A DNA stretch of 64,000 bases from Paraspadella gotoi (Eukaryota > Animalia > Chaetognatha): assembly GCA_051294375.1 (NCBI GenBank), contig JBJCIZ010000028.1, positions 267,108 through 331,107 of the forward strand, given 5' to 3'. This document shows, one piece after another, positions 55,181-64,000 of this stretch (position 1 is its first letter; the number at the start of each line of letters is the position of its first letter). The notes under the pieces were generated by a model, which saw nothing but the letters and a program-made list of their open reading frames with translations, searched no databases and was not told where the DNA came from. Made by a program: the position numbers and the translations under genes.

Positions 55181-57035
55181 GAGAGAAGAGAGGAGAGAGA
55201 GAGAGAGAGGAGAGAGAGAGAGCGATTGCTTAAGTGGGATAGGAACCAAGCCCGAGATAAATAATAAAAAAAACAGACAAAGAAAGAAAGAAAGAAAAGA
55301 AAGAAAGAAAGAAAGAAGAAAGAAAGAAGAAAGAAAGAAAGAAGAAAGAAAGAAAGACGGAAAAAAAAACAACCGGTTAAAAAATCTGAAGGATTCTCGA
55401 AATAAAGCTTTTTAAACAAGTTGCTCGCAACGACAGAAATTATGTCAACATGCCTCACATCCATCTCACCCCTTCCTCCCATCTCCCCCCGACCACACCT
55501 CTGAACAAGCTCGTCCGCGCCTTCTGCGAATCCCTCGTCGCCCAATCCTCTCTATCCGCCTTCCGTACGTTCTTGTCCGACCTCGAAGACGACGCTGAAC
55601 TTCGTTGCGGACGCCACTGGCTGTACGAGGTGAGTAGATCGAGAGATGATTCGAACCCGGGACTTTCTGAGTGGCCGTCTGCCCCACTCTGTTTCGTTTT
55701 GTCAACATGATAATTTGTCATCTTATGGCGTCATGTCTGCTTATTTATGAAATTTACGGTTTTGTATTTGTAATTTGACATTCCATTATTCTATCTTTTG
55801 GAGATAAATGCCTTTTTGGGGCTTTTTATTTTACAAAAGTGCCTCATTTCTCTTCTTTAATTCTTTAAATTTGTTTAAACTTTAATTTTGTTTTTAAACT
55901 AATGATATAATTTAACCCAAATCTCTAATCCCTTAACCCTAACTTTTAACCTTTAAGATGAAATGGGGCGCTTTAAGAAAATAAGAACAAAAAAAATTAT
56001 TCTAAATGACAATAATAAAGTAGAGCATTTTTAACTTTTGCTTATAAACATTCGCAATCATCTATAATCGTCTGCAAAAACATCTGTAAGAATCTCAATA
56101 TCATCTTGACAGGTTTTCTTGGATTTTTTGATCGGCGTCGTCGTCGATGGAGACGCGTTAAAAGGGATGGACCAGATGGAGGTGAGGTTTTGGAAATAGG
56201 GGTTGGGGGTAGGGTTGTATAAAGGGGTGGTTAATAATTAACTAGTTGATCTTTTTTATATATAAATTTTTAAACTCATCTATATATATTTTTTTATTAT
56301 TATCTTTTGTATTATATTTTTTTAATATTAAGTTTTCTGAGTTTTTTATATGTTACAATTTTTTTTTTTTTTAATTAAATTTTTTGAATAAAGTTTTGAA
56401 AATAATAAATAAAAATATTTTATTTAGTTGTTTTTTTTATTTCTGTAATTCAAAAATTTCCAAGCCTAATTGTATTGCTAAAAAAAATTTATCTTCACTA
56501 TTAATAATTTTAAAAATGTGATTTTAAATCTAATTTTAAACATTTTATTTATTATATTTACATGTCCAAAGTCAGGGGCAATTTTGTATTGGTTGTACCA
56601 ATTTCATATTATAGTTATTAATTTAATCTTTTAATTTATTCAATTTTTTTTAACAAATTTACCCTCTAAACCCCCTTAAAAAAATCCTCCACATCCTCGT
56701 CCTCGATTTCCCTCTCTACTTCCCAACGAGGCCCTCGACGGCGTCTGCGACCTCGCGCCCAAAGTGACCGTCTCCAAGACCGCCTGGAGTCTCACGCCGC
56801 TCTACTCCGATTGTCGGCGAAAGATGAAGAAGTTGTCGGCCTGCGACGTCGGGTGTCGGGCAAAGATCGACGCGGAGGTTTTGAGAGTTGGGGGGGGGAG
56901 AAGGAGGAGGCTTAAGGGGTGAAGGTTTTGTTTTTTTTTTATTATTATTATTGTTTTGAGTTTGTATTTTTTTTATTTTTGGTTTGCTTATGTTTACTTT
57001 TTTTGTGTCCTGGGAAAAACAAGTTATTTAATTTA

Positions 57036-57119
<84 letters not shown>

Positions 57120-57459
57120 ACACACGATCCTTTTTTTTTATCGCCTTGTCTCTCTGTCTCATTGTCTATATTTGTAAATAAATAATACGATTATGTACCT
57201 TAACGAAATGAGTTATCAACGCTAACGCTGAAAAATGATTGCGTTTTCTCTTCTTCGAGTTTATTCCAGTTCATCCAACTATCTTCCCCCCCCCCACCAT
57301 TTCCAGCTCAAAGACCTGGAGGATCCCGTCCACGGTCCCGACCTGGATGGCTTTTGGAAGCCCCTCTTCGAAGCCGAGGACTGCGTGGGATCTTGCAAGG
57401 ATGTTGTCAAAGGAAAGAAGATTTGGTCGATGGAGAAAAAGGCATTTGTCGAGATTTAA
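35778..57459 (+). CDS. Multi-exon gene: large secreted PAN - 4x F-type lectin (FTP/F5/8C) - PAN - trefoil - putative Cys/His catalytic domain protein
   Basis: GT-AG exons read by eye: ~35778-35902 (signal-like, start unresolved), 36687-36851, 37139-37255, 37606-37819, 38143-38246, 39091-39295, 40605-40865, 42998-43448, [gap], 44237-44437, 44952-45175, 45421-45576, 45983-46100, 46466-46619, 47108-47227, 47545-47816, 48137-48321, 48775-48916, 49325-49502, 50179-50374, 50707-50874, 50996-51131, 51648-51856, 52326-52467, 54762-54978, 55510-55629, 56113-56181, 56731-56877, 57307-57459 (TAA). Most junctions join in phase. Confidence 0.85.
36687..37255 (+). other. PAN/Apple domain 1 (two exons)
   Basis: CDIQLKNRIYPGNDV...NVEECRRLCEDNPECN|GATVDYDVKCWLKS: typical GND, ECxxxC and CWLK pattern. 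Confidence 0.8.
38256..38555. mobile_element. MITE-like element, ~300 bp, ~20-bp terminal inverted repeats
   Basis: ATGAAATTGGTACAACTAAT ... ATTGGTTGTACCAATTTCAT. Copy at ~39910-40210; end fragments at ~42678, 54258, 56565-56610 and 57773. Confidence 0.6.
39668..40295. repeat. Duplicate of 38013-38643 across a 25-N spacer (includes a second copy of exon 38143-38246)
   Basis: Direct sequence match; N run at 39643-39667. Confidence 0.9.
43455..44211. other. Assembly gap (757 N), probably hiding an exon of lectin domain 3
   Basis: Domain 3 stops at VDLGQRKK and resumes at ISMPGSAKTLAFCGLRVF; the middle strands are missing. Confidence 0.85.
44633..44760. repeat. AATCAAGT tandem repeat
   Basis: Direct observation. 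Confidence 0.9.
45884..45978. repeat. 12-bp GCCATCTCCAAY tandem repeat just upstream of an acceptor
   Basis: Direct observation; source of the spurious MALE-repeat ORF. Confidence 0.9.
45983..46600 (+). other. PAN/Apple domain 2 (two exons)
   Basis: GCFIDGFNDETYLNITETECAAKCDS...GCLSFDYDRLRGVCYISS...FAHYER. Confidence 0.8.
46601..47227 (+). other. Trefoil (P-type) domain
   Basis: MCRLPS|VDSGNVCGGKGEDACRLKGCCYDPNIVWCYH: six Cys with the GCC.D...WCY signature. Confidence 0.75.
50179..51856 (+). other. Putative transglutaminase/papain-like Cys-His catalytic region
   Basis: FPTKTAPWPVL..PLEECYWVW..YGPY / IPWIAKHGGICGQLSALAKYNYICAGFPAEQMSQPGHLAGY. The Cys-helix-GxPA-strand-His spacing resembles transglutaminase-like cores; recognised from memory, not by search. 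Confidence 0.5.
53397..53832. repeat. ~200-bp intronic tandem duplication
   Basis: ATTAGAAGAGGAATATTGGGTTGC... occurs at ~53398 and ~53596. Confidence 0.85.
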
Positions 57460-59493
57460 GAGATTTGACGGATTTTTGAGATTAAGTGTTGACTGGTGCG
57501 GAGGTTCAGTCCAGCAAATTGAATGACTTTGCTGTGTAAAGAAATATTTTAGGTGGCTTATTGTTGGTTATTATCTGCTTTAAAATATTTAGTGTTTATC
57601 GGCGTAAGGGGGTTCTGCTCGTAAAATAATTGCAAATGTTTTTTTGTACAGTCGATCGTGTTTTTGCTGTTTTTTTTTTATATTAAAAAGAATTCAAATT
57701 ATTTGTAAATTATATCATATTACTGCACATATTTTATATAAAAACTAATTCCAATTGTTTGTAAATTATATTATGAAATTGGTACAACCAATTTTTGATG
57801 TTTAAAATTTCTAATTTTTCAATTTTTTTAAGTGTTTTAGTCATTGTTATTCAAGGAGACCCGAAAGATTACATAACGAAATCATAAGAAAAATTAATGT
57901 TAATCATATTTTAGTTCCAACCGTTGGTGCATTTTTTTTTGGTGTACTTGTCGCTTCTCCGATGATTTCTCTCAATATCTTTTTTTTATAACAACGACAA
58001 CGATATATCCAAAAAGAAAAGGACGAAGATTAATGTCGAACACCATTACTAAGTCAATTAATGATACAGGTAAAGAATCTGGGTCATAAATTAGGAAATT
58101 TCCGTTCACCTCGTTGTAGTACCACGCTTCATCTTATTCCGTTTGTTTCTTAATCTTCGTCGCTCGAGAACCAATTAGTAGTTTCTCGGTATATCTCCTA
58201 AAGTAATCGACTACAGGGTCCGGAAGCAAAATTTATAATTCCGTTTAAATGGCAAGAGATGTTTAAATCTTTAATAAAAATTATCTTAAAAGAGCTTAAA
58301 TGAAAGCTTAGTGTTTATTCTATCATTGGCCCAAATATTATAAACTTATATTCACAGTGAGACAGAACAGAGAAGGTGCCAGTTTCCCGCCAAAATCAAT
58401 CAAAAATAGATTTGACATTGATTTTGATATGTATATTTATATATATTTATATTTATATATATTTACAAATGAGGCCAAAAAGTTTTCGGTGTCAGGTAAA
58501 GATGCGCCATGCAAAAAATAATGGATTGGTCACAATGAGGAGAAATAATATAGTAGTATTGTAGGATTTAAAGGCTATGCTTTTGGACAACCTAAAAATT
58601 ACAAAAAATGTGATGTCAGAACTGATAAAAATGGGGAAGATGACATTTTAGAAAAATTAGGAAATAAGCGTATCAAACAAAATGTCCATGTCCCCAAGCA
58701 GCATTATAATGCAATGGCAATGCAAAGAAAGCTTAGCTCTGCTGCAAAAAAAAATGCTTATATAAAAATTTACATTTTGAAGTAATGAAATATTATTATG
58801 ATAATAAAATATTTTCTGTCACAGCTGCGGTTAACTTGTTAGATTATTGCGACAGGACAAAATTAACTTATCATGTTGTCAGCTATTATTATACCAAACA
58901 TTATATATCACAGTTCTTGGGCTAATAACAAGAGATGACATAGATGGGTTATTATAAATTTAATATACTAAATAAAATAAGTACTGAAGCCAATTGATAT
59001 AATGTAATATAATATATAATATATAATATAATATAATATAAACGGTCCTCATGATGGTAGCCCATGCTCAAAAATTGATATACTGCCTCATACTGTAATA
59101 CAGCTGCAGCATTTTAGTAAGAAGTAAAAATTTTATTTGTAGCGATTAGACTTTTAACCCATTTCCTGTTCATCTCTCAGTCTTTTTAATAAGTCAATGA
59201 AGGCCAGATTTCCACCAGGTTTGGTTTTAAGATGTGTGCACTTCCCCCCCCCCTCCTGTAGAGGCTGTAAAAGCTCGGAATGCGATGTACGACGAGAATA
59301 AGACTTCTGTACGTTTTGTTTATATTTGATATAATTTTCATTAGTATCCTATAAACGGTTTATTTGTAAAGATAATACAATTTTTTATATAAGTTTTGCC
59401 TTCCAAACCCTGTATTCCGATATCATGTGTGTCAGAGTTTAGTTACGTATCTGTGTAACTAACTAAATAATTGATATAACAAGTAGGTCGATA

Positions 59494-62400
59494 ATGACGA
59501 CGACAAAGGAGCGAAGGCGCGACGAAGGGTATAAAAAGAAGCAAAATATCCGCAAGGCGAAGATTCCCTTCTCTAGCAAAGATTTTTTAAAGATGGGCTC
59601 ATATTTGAAGCTTTTCGTCTTGCTAGCGAGCAACGCCCTGCAAGTGATCGACCTCGGAACCGACGTTCAAACCGTAAAAAATTACGTAACTCACCCTGAT
59701 TTCAAGATAAACGTTCTAGGGTGGGTCAGCGCCAGTATCGTCGCAATCAACTGTGTCGTTGCGTCGATTTTTGGGCTCGTGGCGCTCAAGAGAAATCGAC
59801 ATGTATTTCCGAGGCTTTTCAAGGGAACTTGGATTAAGCGAATCACTGTAGCTTTGCATTGTGTGGGTTTGGGAACTTGTCCACTTTCTCTGGATACTTT
59901 TTTGGACTACGACGTCAAAAATGAGATTAGGTGTTCGAAATAAGAATTAGCTCGGGAAATTATTTTAAAAATAAACAAAATTAAGATATAAATAAAAAAC
60001 TATATTGGCTTCAAATTCAATGGTCATAATTTTTTTATAGTATTTATTCTTTTTTGTCTATGGAAATTGTCTTGAAATTACATAGATTCATATGGTAATT
60101 AAACATTAGATTCATATCTTACGCGAAGAAAATTTGCGAACAAAATTACCATCAAAAAGTCAAAATCGAACAAGTACTAAGTATATTTGAAATCTTTAAA
60201 GTAAAACCTTAAAAAATGTAAAAGTCACATCGGCTCGAGATTAAAACTATTTTGAACACCTCTATCAGTCTATCTCACACCGAAACAAAAGAGAAATTAT
60301 TACTGCTTCATAACATGATCCACTGCATCTTTGAAGCTTTTCCCCAAATGATCGTTCAGTATTACGCTTTGATTACTCTGTGGACGAGCGGAACGTCTTA
60401 CTTATGTTTAGGGAGCGATGGAAACTTCGACCGAAGGTTTAATCCCGCAAAACCCTGGAATCTAATATTGTTTGAGGTTTTTGAAAATGGATCAGTGGTT
60501 AAACTTATGCCGATAGCTAGTTGCACGTGCTGGATAGAGCAAGTTCATCTGTTCTGTTCTTGGAAATTTCAGGTATCTACTGTCATTAAAATTTAACTTA
60601 TAAATATTATATTTTATATTATAACACACTTACAAAATCCGTATTCGGGCATTGCCTAAGTTGACCCCACAAGGTACCGGGTTCAATTTCAACACGGTAC
60701 CTACCCTGTGGGAAGCCTGAGGACGGCTGTCAACCACATTGTGGGGCCGAGAAAACCCTCGAGCCTGGTTCCAAGCCCAGGACCCGTTCCAGGGCTGCTG
60801 AGGGGAAATAGAAGTTACTGATTGTAGTCTTCATCATTCTGACAAGATAATGACCTAGCAGGTCCCTGCCAGCTTTCAATCAAGACACTCTCACAGACTC
60901 GTAAAATATAGAGAGTAGAAGTCAACTGTCAAGACAGGGAAAAATTAAAATAAAAAAGTTTCACTTAAAAATTAAAGCTTGCAGAATATTCTTGTTTGTA
61001 CATGAACTGGTTGCTGAAACGGTATTTTACTATTTTTATATTATCATCTGATTATGACACGTGCATTTATTTTTTATTTTGTCCGTATTTCAATTTACTT
61101 TGTGAAACCATTTTTTAAGACAGTTAAAATGATTCCAGAAATTAAATTGAAATATTGTCATAATTCATAAAAATATAAAAGCACTTGTATAATGTATATC
61201 TCACAATATCGACCTTGGGCCAAGGCAACATTATCTTTTTAATTCCCCAGAATCCTTTTCAACTAATTTCACTTGCTTTATCGACGATGAGCGTCGCAAA
61301 ATCGGCTTCGAATTTAAGGGGAGCCTTGTTGAACTCTGAAATCAATAACGTCCTCTGCATGGCCATATCTAAACTAGTTGACATGGTTCATTGCATGGTC
61401 GGCTTATGCGTATGCTCTTACTTCATCGTGGTTCATATCGTGAGGCACACAGAATTAATAGTGCTTCTTTTATTATTGATTTTTGTCAGAGTTTTTGGCG
61501 TCTTTGAAATTCGAGAAACAATGAAAATATTGAAAAGCATATTGAGTATCGAATCCAAAGACAACGGAGTTTCAAAGAAGAAACGATTCAACTTGATTGG
61601 CTTCATACGTCGCTCATTTCTTAGCTTGTTTCTTTTATCTATATTTTTTATCATTGAGATGCAAGCAACGATTACTTCTCAATCAAATATGATACGTCAC
61701 AATCTTAAAATTAAGTGGGGACTCAGCGACCTTAAACCAAATCCGGTACAACTTTTGCTTTACCTTAATGTTTATCATTCAAACAAGAGGCTCGACTGCG
61801 CCAAGATAAACGGAAAGTCAAAAGAATCGAAATGGGACAGAATAGAATTGTCTTTTTTCAAAAACGTGAGTCATATCGCATGTAAAGTTCCTAAAACTTA
61901 CAAATTGGATATTGCAAAACCTAGCATGATTGTCAGTCTGGGAAACTACAAATTATTCTATCCAGAATTTTCTACAATGCTGTATATGATTTTGTGTGAC
62001 CTACTGTTAAGTTTCTTTTACGTAGTTTACGTTATTTTTTTAAAGAGATCATTCATTTTGTATCATTCAATACTTTTTTCCATGTCGAGTTTAATATTAC
62101 TTGTGGCACTTTGTTTAAAACTTTCTACTGTTTACAAGAGTATCGTGTATCAAGAAGCAAAATACGCTACTTGGTCGAAGAGTTTATATGCTCCAGCTTA
62201 TAGCTTACAGCTTATGCTCTTCAAACATACAAGTTTGATATCGAGCGTTTTTATCATGGGGTTGACTATCTTTTTAACAAACTTGAGCAACCGAAAGCAA
62301 TGCAGATTAAAATTTTGTTTTAATATTATAAATTTGTTCATTAGTTCCTTTTTATTTTACGAAATATTCAAAGTAAAATTGTATAATGCTCGGGAAATTT

Positions 62401-63005
62401 TAAGTCTAGCGACGAAACTCTGTTTGGGAAACCTGAGTTATGGGGAAACAATTAAAGCACCAAAAGAGATCCATTCAAAACTCTTTACATTAAAATTTAT
62501 ATCTGATAATTTTACTTTTCTGACGGTTCTCGTTATGATTCCGCCTTTAAAAACGATCTATCAAGTTTTAGTTGGGGCCAAACTTAATAAAAATCAAATC
62601 AAACTTTTTTTCGTTACATTGGTCTCCATTCTTTTTATTTTCGTTTACCTCATTTCTGAAACTTTTTTAAAATGTCATTCGAAAAAAGAATTTCGGTTAT
62701 CCCAGGGAGCATTTAACCCCGAAAAACTTCCACGTAGAAGTGGAAATTTTTTGTATATGTACAACAGTCAGCTCCACTCGTCAGACTATAATTACATCAA
62801 TGTTTTTAGTCAGGTTGTAAGCGTATGTATGCTAAATCAATTGGGTACAATTCCTTTTTCTGTCAGAGATTTTAATCGTTTAAAAAATTTCAGTGAAAAA
62901 GTGAAAGAAAATACAAAACTAATTGTGTGTGACGATAGATTTAATGCTGTGCCGATGCATTTAGTGTTCATAATTATTCCATTTCTATTCATTTATTTAG
63001 ATTAA
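59494..63005 (+). CDS. XK-related (Xkr-like) multi-pass membrane protein with long hydrophobic C-terminal extension
   Basis: Exons 59494-59930, 60269-60572 and 61251-63005 join in frame; a small exon near 60110-60173 is possible. Motifs LQVIDLGTDVQTVKNY, IHCIFEAFPQMIVQYYAL and QLISLALSTMSVA match XK-family DxxxD, E(S/A)xPQxxxQ and S..S segments. Confidence 0.65.
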
Positions 63006-64000
63006 TACCTAATACAAACTTTGAAGTCGTGTTTTGGCCTTAAAATATAAAAAAATAATGAAATTTAAATTAAAATACAAAAATTTAAAATACTGTAGAT
63101 ATTTGTTTTTTATATGCTTTCATCACTTTGTTTAACTAACAATATGACAATAAATTTGTTGTTACATGACATGAAAATAGATCGATGCGCATTGTGCACA
63201 ACTACTTCATTGTTTTTTTTTTATCGTTTAGCACTTTAGCAAAGCATAAAAGTTTTTCTTTTGGTGAAATACATAATTTTCAGATAAAAGGTTTTATAAA
63301 CAACGTTTAAAAAAATTAGTATTAATGTGACTTTTTAATAAAGTTGCATCGAAAATGTAATATAATAAAATTCATTTTTTCCCGATATTTTTTTTTGGGG
63401 GGGCCGATGTCACATTACGGTATCACTTTTGAACGAGATAACGAACCATTGAACTTTACTTCATCTATGAACGATAAATCAGGTAGATTTTTAGTGTAGG
63501 TTTTTATTGTGATTTTAAATTTCACCCGCCGTCGCAAAAACGTGAAAGTCAGCGTCTCTTTGAAAGTCACAAAATATTTCACTTCGTCGTTTTCGTCGTC
63601 GTTATTTTCGTCCTACTCATTGTTGTCGTTGTTGAATCAAGAAAAAAGAAACCCAGAGGTCATTGACTACAGCGGAGTACAAACAATAGAGGGTGAGGAC
63701 AGGGGGGAGAGGAGAAGAGAGAGAGAGATGAGTGAGAGGAGAGAGAGAGAGAGAGAGAGAGAGATAAAAGAAAGGCTCAATAGAGAGTAAGAACTGGCGG
63801 AAGTTTAACAATGAATAGAAATGAAAAGTACATAAATTCAAGATGGGTTTCAGGGATTAATGTACTGATATACATTGTGGATAAATAAAATTACAAATTG
63901 TAGTGGTACATAATAACATGTATTAACAATAACGCATAAAAGAGAGAGACGTTAATGATAAAGGTTGTGAGAAGAGACTGACGAGAGAGAGAGAGAGCCA

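Noticed and set aside
60655-60900. GC-richer intronic stretch resembling a SINE
   Set aside because: Single copy in this window and only a weak B-box; cannot be supported without a genome search.

Overview
AT-rich, microsatellite-laden eukaryotic DNA, most likely from an animal, from a draft assembly. It has many indels, four 25-N spacers, one 757-N gap and large duplications; 361-~9730 is repeated essentially exactly 10,040 bp later. Three loci can be reconstructed by hand. (1) A minus-strand tandem array of at least 8 cassettes (26.6-33.1 kb). Each has its own start, signal peptide, N-terminal half of an Ig-like domain (G-x-x-x-x-[FL]-x-C...P-x-W...G-[IML]-A-x-G-x-K-[KR]-M-P-R-F-x-D-D-R), a GT donor at the same position and shared upstream motifs. 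No second half of the Ig domain was found. This looks like a protocadherin/sDscam-style set of alternative 'variable' first exons. (2) Head-to-head with it, a ~27-exon plus-strand gene (35.8-57.5 kb) for a large secreted protein: PAN/Apple, 4 F-type-lectin (FTP/F5/8) domains, PAN, trefoil, then a C-terminal region with a putative Cys-His catalytic motif (GGICGQLS...QPGH). (3) An XK-related-like multi-pass membrane protein (59.5-63.0 kb). Also present are degenerate LINE RT remnants, a MITE-like element and many simple repeats. All translations were made by eye and several need frameshift correction.
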